Positions 1 to 8,060 of a stretch of 64,000 bases of DNA are shown one piece after another. Source of the stretch: a virus (Duplodnaviria; Caudoviricetes); IMG/VR virus record IMGVR_UViG_3300049846_001081; one strand, 5' to 3'. The notes beneath the pieces are model-generated. The model saw only the letters and a list, made by a program, of their open reading frames with translations, was not told where the DNA came from and ran no database searches. The translations under genes were made by a program, and so were the position numbers. How positions within the stretch are numbered: the stretch's first letter is position 1; the number at the start of each line of letters is the position of its first letter.

Positions 1-306
1 AATACATGTCAAAAGATAGATTTTACGATTGCTGAGTTTCCACACAAACCACCGAAAGATTATAGTTATGAGTTTGAAGAGTTCAAGCGTGGTGTGGTCT
101 CTATTTGGTTGCGTTGTCATCGCAAGTTTGACTACAATAATGGTGCCACAACTCGCACCATTTGGGGATTCTACAAATCCAAAACTAGAGAATACTTTGC
201 CCCAGTCAATAGTAAGACCATCGGTGCTTGTGTAAATATCAAAGACACGAGAAACTATACAGCGATGCCATTGAAACTATCACCTCTAGATGCTTTCTTT
301 GTATGA
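1..306 (+). CDS. Hypothetical phage protein, 5'-truncated by window edge
   Basis: The frame of ORF 94..306 is open back to base 1 (..FPHKPPKDYSYEFEEFKRGVVSIWL..); stop overlaps the next ATG (ATGA at 303-306). Confidence 0.75.
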   Translation, partial: NTCQKIDFTIAEFPHKPPKDYSYEFEEFKRGVVSIWLRCHRKFDYNNGATTRTIWGFYKSKTREYFAPVNSKTIGACVNIKDTRNYTAMPLKLSPLDAFFV

Positions 307-566
307 ACTACGAACCTCAAGTCAATGACTATGTTAAATGGACAAAAGGAGTTGAGGGGTGGGTATATTTCAAAGACAAAGAATACATTACCATTGAGTA
401 TGTTGTTCGTCCTAAAGATGAAGTAAATCTTGAATGTTGTCCCATTCATAAAAACGAAAGATTACTTGTAGTTTGTTATGCCGAACAATGGAAAGAGTTA
501 GAGTACATCAAGTCACGAAAATCAATCTATGAAGAAGAACAGAACATTTTGGCGATTGCTAGCTAA
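303..566 (+). CDS. Hypothetical protein
   Basis: ATG at 303 is coupled to the previous stop (MNYEPQVNDYVKW..); the track's 228 start is likely too long. Confidence 0.7.
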   Translation: MNYEPQVNDYVKWTKGVEGWVYFKDKEYITIEYVVRPKDEVNLECCPIHKNERLLVVCYAEQWKELEYIKSRKSIYEEEQNILAIAS

Positions 567-783
567 ATCTCTTGGAGAAAAAGCAAGTAAATGTGACAAA
601 GAGGCGGATAAGGTTGCTCTTATCCGTCTTTTGATGTTTCTATCCATTTTTATCACCAACTGTTTTATTGTTGCTAATGCAATAAGACATTGGAATGATA
701 AACCAGTCATTCATCTAATTATTGATGGAAGTTATGTACCAAATGAATTGCCAAACCAAATAAATACTCAAAAAGTTCTGTAA
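529..783 (+). CDS. Hypothetical membrane protein
   Basis: 84-aa ORF with one hydrophobic segment (ALIRLLMFLSIFITNCFIVANAI). Confidence 0.65.
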   Translation: MKKNRTFWRLLAKSLGEKASKCDKEADKVALIRLLMFLSIFITNCFIVANAIRHWNDKPVIHLIIDGSYVPNELPNQINTQKVL

Positions 784-785
784 AA

Positions 786-977
786 ATGAAAACCTTTCAA
801 CAGTTTATTGAGCAAACTCCAGCGATGCAATCTAATGAGTATAATAAACAGGTTGCACGTCAATCTGCACGTTGGAAAGGTATGCAAATCCGTCAAGCAC
901 ATGGAGAAATGGAGCATGAAGCAGGTGCAGAACAATCTGCAAAGAAAGCAAGACTGAAAGCAATCATGTCTCGTTGA
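786..977 (+). CDS. Small basic protein with T4 capsid-targeting-like N-terminus
   Basis: MKTFQQFIEQ resembles the T4 internal-protein CTS MKTYQEFIAE; late-promoter-like AATAAATA at 759-766. Confidence 0.6.
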   Translation: MKTFQQFIEQTPAMQSNEYNKQVARQSARWKGMQIRQAHGEMEHEAGAEQSAKKARLKAIMSR

Positions 978-1015
978 ATTAAAGTTACTCACCTTCAAAG
1001 TGTTCTAGTAATGTA
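977..1015 (+). repeat. 39-bp element copy 1
   Basis: aattaaagttactcaccttcaaagtgttctagtaatgta. Confidence 0.95.
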
Positions 1016-1030
1016 AGCAACAATCCTATT

Positions 1031-1168
1031 ATGGACTCTTTTGACGACATTCAAATTGAAGATTTCTCCTCTTTTGATTTCGTTGAGGAGATGAATGAAG
1101 GTCTCTTTGATGAGAAAGATGATGACAAATCTTTTCAAGCATTTCTTAACTCTAACTGGGATTTCTGA
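1031..1168 (+). CDS. 45-aa very acidic protein (below ORF-track cutoff)
   Basis: Hand-translated MDSFDDIQIEDFSSFDFVEEMNEGLFDEKDDDKSFQAFLNSNWDF; starts 15 nt after repeat copy 1. Confidence 0.65.
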   Translation: MDSFDDIQIEDFSSFDFVEEMNEGLFDEKDDDKSFQAFLNSNWDF

Positions 1169-1184
1169 CAGTTTCTAAACTGTC
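1167..1184. promoter_or_regulatory. Perfect inverted repeat GACAGTTT-ct-AAACTGTC
   Basis: Read directly; followed by CAC and lies upstream of ORF 1229; related to 4830-4851. Confidence 0.6.
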
Positions 1185-1228
1185 CACTAAATCACCCACA
1201 CGGTTCTTTTATCCTTTATCATACTCAA

Positions 1229-1429
1229 ATGACTGAACAAATCCCTAACGTGCTTTCTCATATCAACGAACTGAAAGAAGCATGGCGCAAACAAGATTTT
1301 GTATTCACTAAACAACAACAAGAAGAATATGATTTACTTCTTGCCACTCGTCGTGAGCGTGTGAAGCAATTTTATGCTGAAGGACGTGTCTTTAAGGGTT
1401 CCTATAAAGCAAAGGAAGTTGAAATCTAA
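1229..1429 (+). CDS. Hypothetical protein
   Basis: 66-aa ORF in co-directional array. Confidence 0.7.
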   Translation: MTEQIPNVLSHINELKEAWRKQDFVFTKQQQEEYDLLLATRRERVKQFYAEGRVFKGSYKAKEVEI

Positions 1430-1455
1430 ATACTAAAAAGAGTGTTTAGATAACA

Positions 1456-2133
1456 ATGCGTACATTTCAGGAGTTTATGTCTCTTTGTGAAGCATCTGAT
1501 GCTGATACTGCCAGTCAACTTGGATGGGGTGGTGGTGCATCTATCACCCGCACAGGTGCTGGCGGTAGAATAGGGAAAGAACGCAAAAAGACTGCTCCTG
1601 AAGTTAGAAGAACCAAAGCAGTTGGTGGTGGTAAAACAGAACCTGTAGGACCATATAAAACACGCAAAGATGTTGGGCAACCACGTGGTTCTTCTGCACC
1701 AGCACCAGGAAGAGGTAAAGGTGCAACTGAACTAAAACCTGGCACTGCTGGAACTCAAGGTAGTGCCGCAATGTCTGCAAAAGAAAGACAACGTAAAGCA
1801 TACCTTGAGCGTAAAGCAAGAGAAGGTGGTAAAGCACAACCAAAAACTGCATCTCAAGCAATCTCTCAAGCAAAACCAACAGCAGAAAAACCAGCATCAA
1901 AACCACGCAGAAAGTGGGAACATGAAGGTGGTGGTGGTATGACCCGACAAGAAAGAGATAAAGCAAGGAATAAAGAGAAAACTGCAACAGCACAAAAGAC
2001 AAAGAAGTCTGCCACTGAGATTCTTGCACAAATGCGTAGAGAATACGAAGCAAATGGTGGAAAGTGGAGCAATGCTGTTGCTGTTCGTATGAGAGCAAAA
2101 GCAAAAGCGGTAGCACAAGCATCAGGAAGTTGA
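1456..2133 (+). CDS. K/R/A/G-rich basic protein with CTS-like N-terminus (candidate internal head protein)
   Basis: Starts MRTFQEFMSLCE; low-complexity basic body; TCTAAATA late-promoter-like site at 1425-1432. Confidence 0.65.
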   Translation: MRTFQEFMSLCEASDADTASQLGWGGGASITRTGAGGRIGKERKKTAPEVRRTKAVGGGKTEPVGPYKTRKDVGQPRGSSAPAPGRGKGATELKPGTAGTQGSAAMSAKERQRKAYLERKAREGGKAQPKTASQAISQAKPTAEKPASKPRRKWEHEGGGGMTRQERDKARNKEKTATAQKTKKSATEILAQMRREYEANGGKWSNAVAVRMRAKAKAVAQASGS

Positions 2134-2137
2134 GATC

Positions 2138-2176
2138 AATTAAAGTTACTCACCTCCAAAGTGTCCTAGTAGTATG
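2138..2176 (+). repeat. 39-bp element copy 2 (ends in ATG of ORF 2174)
   Basis: aattaaagttactcacctccaaagtgtcctagtagtatg. Confidence 0.95.
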
Positions 2177-2395
2177 ACTGATGCCTTCGCTATGGACCGA
2201 ATTGAAATCCAACGCAAACTCTATGATGCTCGCAATGAGTATCTAAAGGCAAAGAAGTCTATGGAGTTTTGGAAACGCGAAATCTCTTTCCTGAAAGAGT
2301 GTGAAGACAACCTCAAGAAAGGTCGCACTGGAGATTGGTTGTTCCGTGAAATGTTTGGCGATACTCCTATTGCTGAAGAAGTTTATGGTGGTTGA
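2174..2395 (+). CDS. Hypothetical protein
   Basis: 73-aa ORF starting at the repeat ATG. Confidence 0.7.
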   Translation: MTDAFAMDRIEIQRKLYDARNEYLKAKKSMEFWKREISFLKECEDNLKKGRTGDWLFREMFGDTPIAEEVYGG

Positions 2396-2485
2396 TTAAC
2401 TGCCACCAGCACCCCTCCACAATCGCCAGGAAGGGTGCTATAATAGTCTTTAGATACCAAACCACCCGAAACTCTGTAATTCGTA

Positions 2486-3727
2486 ATGTTCTCTGATCTG
2501 ATTAAACTTCGCCCACATCAAGAACGCGGTGTTGTTGCTATGCAACAGCATGATAAAGGTCAGGTGATTGTTCCCACTGGTGGTGGCAAGACTCTCAAGA
2601 TGATCTACGATGCTCTGCGCGAGTTACAGTCTGAAACTCCTCAGACCATTGTTGTTGTTGCTCCTCGCATCTTGCTTGCTGAGCAACTCTCTAGCGAGTT
2701 CCTTGAGTTCATCACTAACGCTAAAGTTTTCCACGTTCACAGTGGCGAAACTCATCACGAATCTTCTACTCGCCCTCGTGAAATCCGTAACTGGGTTGAT
2801 GCCAACGCTGACAATCATAAACTGATTGTAACCACCTACAACTCTCTGTCGCGTCTTCAAGTGGCAGAGATTGATGTGGATACGATCTACTTTGATGAGG
2901 CACATAACTCTGTTCAGCGTCACTTTTTCCCTGCAACTGAGTATTTCTCTGCTAACGCACGACGTTCGTATTTTTTCACGGCAACCCCGAAACATTCCCT
3001 CGCTGTTGGCAAACCTGGGATGAATGATACTGCGGTTTATGGTCAGGTAATCTGCAAAGTTCCTGCTCCTGAACTTGTTGAAGGCGGATATATTGTGCCT
3101 CCTAAAGTTATCGTCAAGCAACTGCAGATGGTGCAGGGCAAGCAAACCAACTTTGACCGAGACTCTGAGAATCTGCTAGAAACCATTGATGACAACAAGG
3201 TTGGCAAGATTTTGGTTTGTGCTAAGGCAACGAAGCAGATTGTGTCTTTGGTGACTGAAACTGATTTCTGTTTCCAGTTGGAGTGCCGTGGTTACTCTTG
3301 GATGTATATCACTGCTAAGACTGGTGCTGTCATTGATGGCAAGAAAGTGAACCGAGAAGTATTCTTTGACACGCTATCTGCCTGGGGTAAGGATAACGAT
3401 AAGAAGTTCGTAGTTCTTCACCACTCCATCCTTGCTGAAGGTATCAACGTGTCTGGTCTGGAAGCAGTGCTGTTTCTTCGCAATATGGACTTCATTGGTA
3501 TCAGTCAGACGATTGGACGTTGCATCCGTCTGCATCACGATGATGCTAAAGGTTTGCGTGATGGGCGTATCCAACCTGGCAACCTGGAGCAGTATAGCAA
3601 ATCGTTCGGTCTTGTGTGTATCCCAGTGTACTCCAAGGTTGGTATTGCTACCGCTCGCAGTGTGCAGTCGGTTGTTGATACGATCTTTGAGAAGGGAGAA
3701 CCTGCCATCTCGGTGGTGAGGCGCTGA
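2486..3727 (+). CDS. Superfamily II (DEAH) helicase, Res-III-like
   Basis: Motifs PTGGGKT (Walker A), DEAH, TATP, HSILAEGINV, QTIGRCIR; extended -10 TGCTATAAT at 2436-2444. Confidence 0.9.
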   Translation: MFSDLIKLRPHQERGVVAMQQHDKGQVIVPTGGGKTLKMIYDALRELQSETPQTIVVVAPRILLAEQLSSEFLEFITNAKVFHVHSGETHHESSTRPREIRNWVDANADNHKLIVTTYNSLSRLQVAEIDVDTIYFDEAHNSVQRHFFPATEYFSANARRSYFFTATPKHSLAVGKPGMNDTAVYGQVICKVPAPELVEGGYIVPPKVIVKQLQMVQGKQTNFDRDSENLLETIDDNKVGKILVCAKATKQIVSLVTETDFCFQLECRGYSWMYITAKTGAVIDGKKVNREVFFDTLSAWGKDNDKKFVVLHHSILAEGINVSGLEAVLFLRNMDFIGISQTIGRCIRLHHDDAKGLRDGRIQPGNLEQYSKSFGLVCIPVYSKVGIATARSVQSVVDTIFEKGEPAISVVRR

Positions 3728-3777
3728 GTCTCATAGTAGACTCAAGTATTCATCAGGGGTGAAACCCTGATTTTTTT
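3725..3777 (+). terminator. Double hairpin: TGAGTCT/AGACTCA stem, then Rho-independent terminator
   Basis: 3725-3744 stem-loop; 3752-3771 ATCAGGG-gtgaaa-CCCTGAT followed by a T run. Confidence 0.75.
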
Positions 3778-3845
3778 GTAATTCTACCTGGAGGGTGTCA
3801 TAGGTCATCCACCGCAACAAAATTAACGATTTATTGGAAAGTGTA

Positions 3846-4022
3846 ATGAAAGAAGGATTTATTGTTGGCAAAGGTAATTACTCTGCGATTCCTTATGGTA
3901 ATCAACTGATGGTAATTCACAACGGTCAGCAACTCAAAGTGTGTAGGACTGAAGCATCTGCTAGGAAGTTCATTGATGACCATAAAAAGGGTAAACCATT
4001 GGGCAAACTTCCATTGAATTAA
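3846..4022 (+). CDS. Hypothetical protein
   Basis: MKEGFIVGKGNYSAIPYG..; stop TAA lies inside repeat copy 3. Confidence 0.7.
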   Translation: MKEGFIVGKGNYSAIPYGNQLMVIHNGQQLKVCRTEASARKFIDDHKKGKPLGKLPLN

Positions 4023-4055
4023 AGTTACTCACCTCCAAAGTGTCCTAGTAGTGTA
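4017..4055 (+). repeat. 39-bp element copy 3
   Basis: aattaaagttactcacctccaaagtgtcctagtagtgta. Confidence 0.95.
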
Positions 4056-4070
4056 AGACGCATCTAATCT

Positions 4071-4316
4071 ATGCCTCGCACTCGCAAGCAAACCGCTAAT
4101 GTTGTTGCTGAAGTGAAAGTTCCTGAGGTTCTCATCACTCGCCAGCAATATATTCAAGACATTAAGGTTCGTTGGCAAATCCATCAATACGAAGTGAACA
4201 AACTTCGTGAAGATGTGAGCAAAGTTACTCAAACTGTTGCTCCCTATGTGAAAAACGCACTCGATTATGTTGTTACTCAGTTTCAACAAGTCCGTGCTAA
4301 GTATGCCACTAATTGA
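4071..4316 (+). CDS. Hypothetical protein (helical)
   Basis: 81-aa ORF starting 15 nt after the repeat. Confidence 0.7.
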   Translation: MPRTRKQTANVVAEVKVPEVLITRQQYIQDIKVRWQIHQYEVNKLREDVSKVTQTVAPYVKNALDYVVTQFQQVRAKYATN

Positions 4317-4327
4317 AGTGGAACTCT

Positions 4328-4349
4328 GGACTCTCTGAGTCCTTTTTTT
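4328..4349 (+). terminator. Rho-independent terminator
   Basis: GGACTC-tct-GAGTCC followed by T7. Confidence 0.75.
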
Positions 4350-4794
4350 ATTTGTATGAGTATCCTTCTTTTATGAACTGTTCTCTATAGTAATCTGCTA
4401 TTTTCTTAAACGATGATAAATCTGTTGATGCTCTAACATTATTAACACATTTTAGACACCAACAAAGATTATCTGGATGGTTTGCTTCATCAATCGTCAT
4501 TCCCATTATGAAACAAACTGCGAGTGGTATTTTGTGGTCTAATGATCTTTTTCTTGGGTCATTTGGATTGGGAAACTCTACTTCAGTATCCACAAATCTA
4601 ATCCCAGTATGATAGCAATAATCGTATTCTTTCAGAACTGGTTTAGCATCTTTTCTTAAATGTTTTACTTTTCCTATTCTTGTTCTGCTGTGTCTTTTTC
4701 TCACTTGATCTCCAGCAACTCTGATGTATTCTGTTAGTTCTATTTGAAACTTTGGTTGTTTGTATTCTATGCTGTTTCTTTCTATTAAGTTCAT
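4348..4794 (-). CDS. HNH endonuclease-like protein (putative free-standing homing endonuclease)
   Basis: SLDHKIP..ANHPDNLCWCLKCVNNVR fits the HNH beta-beta-alpha motif; only convincing minus-strand gene in the window; own late promoter. Confidence 0.7.
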   Translation of the reverse strand: MNLIERNSIEYKQPKFQIELTEYIRVAGDQVRKRHSRTRIGKVKHLRKDAKPVLKEYDYCYHTGIRFVDTEVEFPNPNDPRKRSLDHKIPLAVCFIMGMTIDEANHPDNLCWCLKCVNNVRASTDLSSFKKIADYYREQFIKEGYSYK

Positions 4795-4818
4795 AAGATA
4801 GATGGTTTCCGTCTACTT

Positions 4819-4826
4819 TATTTATA
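4819..4826 (-). promoter_or_regulatory. T4-type late promoter TATAAATA (minus strand)
   Basis: Plus strand reads TATTTATA, 24 nt upstream of the minus-strand ATG at 4794. Confidence 0.7.
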
Positions 4827-4829
4827 AGA

Positions 4830-4886
4830 GGACAGTTGTAAAAGTGTCCACTATCTCTTGACTTTTGCCCCTTGGAATCCTATTAT
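4830..4886 (+). promoter_or_regulatory. GGACA-N10-TGTCC dyad followed by sigma70-like promoter
   Basis: ggacagttgtaaaagtgtccac at 4830-4851; TTGACT 4858-4863, 17-bp spacer, TATTAT 4881-4886. Confidence 0.65.
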
Positions 4887-4892
4887 TTGATT

Positions 4893-5816
4893 ATGAACAA
4901 AACAACCACTAAAAACCTACACCTTGAGCACCCTGAAGATATGGTGCTGACTGGAAATCTTGAGGTTCTTGATTGGTTCTCTGAACCTGATAGTTTTATC
5001 TCTACAAAACTTGATGGAAGTCCTGCTATTGTTTGGGGCACAAATCCTCAGAATGGCAAGTTTTTTGTCTGCACCAAAGCAGCATTTAACAAGAAAAAGA
5101 TTCGTCTTTGCTATAACGAAGATGACATTTTCACTCATTTTGGTGGGCAACCGCGTGTAACGCAGATTCTCATTTTCTGCCTGGATTTCCTGCCTCGCAC
5201 TCAACAAGTGTTGCAAGGTGATTGGATTGGTTTCGGTGGTGGGTTGGATACATTTACTCCCAACACAATTACCTACAAGTTTCCTGCACCAGTTCGTCAG
5301 GATATTATCATCGCTCCGCACACAATCTACAGCGGTTCGGATGACATTCGTGAGATGACTGCTTCCCCTCTGAATAGCAAACTCATCAGCACTAAACATT
5401 GTCTTTTCGTGCAACCTGAAGTGGAACTGAATCCTTATCGCGAAGATTTGGAGGATGTGTGTAAGTTTGCCAAGCAAATGTCAACTCTGTGTGAGTTTGT
5501 GAGTGATCGTAAAGCATCACAAATCAAAAAAGAGATTAACGCTTGCATCCGTGAGCAAAAGGTCATTGATGAGGATGAAATTGCAGAAAAATGTGATTGT
5601 GACAAGAACCTGATCCGTTTGTGGAAGTTGGTAGCATCTATCAAGGATGATTTGTTCTTGTTCATTCACGAAAAGGATGATATTGATTGCTACATCAATG
5701 GCGAACAATCTTTCCACGAAGGTTATTGCATTTCTAACAAATACGGCATTTACAAAGTTGTTGATAGGGAAACTTTCTCACACGCTAACTTCACAATCGC
5801 TAAGAATTGGGGTTAA
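4893..5816 (+). CDS. Phage protein with RNA-ligase/nucleotidyltransferase-like motifs
   Basis: STKLDGS (KxDG), VLQGDWIG, HEGYCI and YKVVDRETFS resemble ligase motifs I, III, IV and V; ATG at 4893 follows the promoter. Confidence 0.55.
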   Translation: MNKTTTKNLHLEHPEDMVLTGNLEVLDWFSEPDSFISTKLDGSPAIVWGTNPQNGKFFVCTKAAFNKKKIRLCYNEDDIFTHFGGQPRVTQILIFCLDFLPRTQQVLQGDWIGFGGGLDTFTPNTITYKFPAPVRQDIIIAPHTIYSGSDDIREMTASPLNSKLISTKHCLFVQPEVELNPYREDLEDVCKFAKQMSTLCEFVSDRKASQIKKEINACIREQKVIDEDEIAEKCDCDKNLIRLWKLVASIKDDLFLFIHEKDDIDCYINGEQSFHEGYCISNKYGIYKVVDRETFSHANFTIAKNWG

Positions 5817-5853
5817 TTGAAGTTACTCACCTTCAAAGTGTTCTAGTAGTATG
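5815..5853 (+). repeat. 39-bp element copy 4 (ends in ATG of ORF 5851)
   Basis: aattgaagttactcaccttcaaagtgttctagtagtatg. Confidence 0.95.
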
Positions 5854-6285
5854 ACAACCACAACTTTCGCTGAATACGCTTCCCAGCAAGAGGCACGTCA
5901 GAACATCGCTAACGCTGTTCTAGCACATACTTACGCATTGTGTGAAGCATTGCGTCAGAATTACATTGATTATAGTATCAAATCTCATCAACTTCGCACG
6001 TCTGATGTAGAGTATCATGATGCCTGTATTGCTAAACTCAAGCAAGGCATTTGTGATTATGATTTCTATCCTGAGACTGGTAGAAAGTATCACAAAATTA
6101 TTATGAACGCTGCAGGATCTCGCTCTGTCCATGCTTTTGTGGATAAAAAGACTGGTGAAGTGTATAAGTCTGCCAGTTGGAAGTCTCCTGCCAAAGGTGT
6201 TCGTTATGACCTGCGATTGATTGAGCAACGTGAATGGTTGTTGCAACATGCTGACTGGGCAGGTGGTTATTTGTACGCAAGGTGA
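5851..6285 (+). CDS. Phage hypothetical protein
   Basis: 144 aa containing GRKYHKI..SVHAFVDKKTGEVYKSASWKSPAKGVRY, a motif I recall from many phage early proteins. Confidence 0.75.
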   Translation: MTTTTFAEYASQQEARQNIANAVLAHTYALCEALRQNYIDYSIKSHQLRTSDVEYHDACIAKLKQGICDYDFYPETGRKYHKIIMNAAGSRSVHAFVDKKTGEVYKSASWKSPAKGVRYDLRLIEQREWLLQHADWAGGYLYAR

Positions 6286-6485
6286 TGATTATGAATCAAG
6301 AGCAACTTATCCGTTCAATCAGTCAACAACTTGAAAATCTAATGTCCTTAGATGAAGAGTTGTCTGAAAAGTATGATGCGTATTGTTTCTACCCTGACAC
6401 TGATTATGAACCGATTGTAGAACGATTCACTCCCGAACTTCTCAAAGAACTTGAGAAACTTGTTTATCAACTTGAGACCGAATGA
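6285..6485 (+). CDS. Small acidic hypothetical protein
   Basis: Coupled via TGATG; E/D-rich. Confidence 0.65.
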   Translation: MIMNQEQLIRSISQQLENLMSLDEELSEKYDAYCFYPDTDYEPIVERFTPELLKELEKLVYQLETE

Positions 6486-6736
6486 CTTACTCTAACCTCT
6501 CAAAGATCCGTCCTAAACTTCGTACAACTGGGCGTGTGTCTGGTAACTTCGGACGCAACAAAGTATCAGCAGGATCATCACTCAATGACATTGGTGGTGA
6601 TGGTAACATAGGGGCAACACAAGATGAATACCTGAACCGATTGTATTATGCTTTTGATAACACTACCGAACCTAAACTTCGCCAGTTCATTTATTCGGAA
6701 ATCCGCAAAATCCACATTCAAAGAGGAACGTGGTAA
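6482..6736 (+). CDS. Hypothetical protein
   Basis: 84-aa ORF, ATGA-coupled to the previous gene. Confidence 0.7.
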   Translation: MTYSNLSKIRPKLRTTGRVSGNFGRNKVSAGSSLNDIGGDGNIGATQDEYLNRLYYAFDNTTEPKLRQFIYSEIRKIHIQRGTW

Positions 6737-6741
6737 CAAAC

Positions 6742-6780
6742 AATTAAAGTTACTCACCTCCAAAGTGTTCTAGTGGTATA
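6742..6780 (+). repeat. 39-bp element copy 5
   Basis: aattaaagttactcacctccaaagtgttctagtggtata. Confidence 0.95.
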
Positions 6781-6798
6781 ACCACTGAAATCCACCAA

Positions 6799-7338
6799 AT
6801 GTTTAATTCTATTTTTGAAGATGGATCTCTCCAAGATTACATCAATCAAAATGCACAAGATCCTTGGATTGGTACACCTTTCCAAGGTTATGTGTTTATG
6901 TCTCCCAAGCAAAAAGGTGAGTTTGGTGAGCGTTTCGTATCAAAGTTCTTTGAGAGTGTGTTGCTTTGTGATGTAAAACGTGCAAAAACTTCTACTGCTG
7001 GGCACGATCGTGTCATTGATGGTATTCTAACTGAAATTAAGTTTTCTCTTGCTACCCGTGACAAAAAGGGTGGCACAAAGAAAGATCAATTCATCATCAA
7101 TCATGTCTCAAAGGATAAGGATTGGGAGCGTCTTGTGTTCTTTGGTATCAATCAAGATGAGAAAGATTGTCGTTTGTTTTGGTTTAGCAAAGAGGATTTT
7201 CTGAGTCATCTTGAGTCTGATGATTGTCTGTTCGCATCACAGCAAGGTGGCAAATCTATCGGCAATGATGATTACATTTGCACAAAAGTTGATCGTCTGG
7301 TAGAATGTTCGTTTGTGAAGAGCATAACCGAATGGTGA
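6799..7338 (+). CDS. Putative PD-(D/E)xK restriction endonuclease
   Basis: KGEFGE helix and HDRVIDGILTEIKFS (D..E-x-K); overlaps the methyltransferase start. Confidence 0.6.
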   Translation: MFNSIFEDGSLQDYINQNAQDPWIGTPFQGYVFMSPKQKGEFGERFVSKFFESVLLCDVKRAKTSTAGHDRVIDGILTEIKFSLATRDKKGGTKKDQFIINHVSKDKDWERLVFFGINQDEKDCRLFWFSKEDFLSHLESDDCLFASQQGGKSIGNDDYICTKVDRLVECSFVKSITEW

Positions 7339-8060
7339 ATCTATTTCACGGTGATTGTTTAGACATTCTACCAACACTTGCAGATAATTCTGTTGATCTG
7401 GTGTTAGTAGATCTGCCATACGGAACAACAGCATGTAAATGGGATTCTATCATTCCTCTAGACAAATTGTGGGAGCAGTATAACAGAATCTGCAAGGAAG
7501 ATGGTGCGATGGTATTCACCGCAGCACAACCATTCACAACTATACTTGCATCATCAAATCTTGAGAACTTTCGTTATGAGTGGATTTGGGAAAAACCACA
7601 GGGAACTAATCCTATGAACGCGAAAGTGATGCCTCTCAAGTCACACGAAAACATTCTGGTTTTTTATCGCAAGAAACCCACATATAATCCTCAAATGTGG
7701 TATTCAACTCCTTACAGTGGTTTCTCATCAGATACCAGCAAGATTGGGGAGGTTTATGGTAAAGCACAATCAAAGCATCGCGATAATCCTGATGGATCAA
7801 GATATCCAAAGACAGTGTTACGATTCAAGCAAGAAAAGGGATTGCATCCTACACAGAAACCTGTAGATTTAATGGAGTATTTGATCAGAACATATAGCAA
7901 TGAAGGTGATACTGTTCTTGATAATACCATGGGATCAGGTACAACTGGTGTTGCATGTGTGAACACTAATAGAAACTTTGTTGGTATTGAAAGTGATGAT
8001 CAATACTACAAGATTGCCAGTGATCGTATCAACAATCCTCTGCTATCTGCTCTGAATTAA
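7332..8060 (+). CDS. N6-adenine/N4-cytosine DNA methyltransferase (beta class)
   Basis: Motif IV DLPY, HPTQKP and motif I DNTMGSGTT in beta order; ATG 7332 overlaps the REase stop; stop is inside repeat copy 6. Confidence 0.9.
   Translation: MVNLFHGDCLDILPTLADNSVDLVLVDLPYGTTACKWDSIIPLDKLWEQYNRICKEDGAMVFTAAQPFTTILASSNLENFRYEWIWEKPQGTNPMNAKVMPLKSHENILVFYRKKPTYNPQMWYSTPYSGFSSDTSKIGEVYGKAQSKHRDNPDGSRYPKTVLRFKQEKGLHPTQKPVDLMEYLIRTYSNEGDTVLDNTMGSGTTGVACVNTNRNFVGIESDDQYYKIASDRINNPLLSALN

Noticed and set aside
2486-3727. Type III or type I restriction system
   Set aside because: Helicase motifs only, with no PD-(D/E)xK tail and no adjacent Mod/HsdM/HsdS. The MTase at 7332 is in a different module with its own partner.
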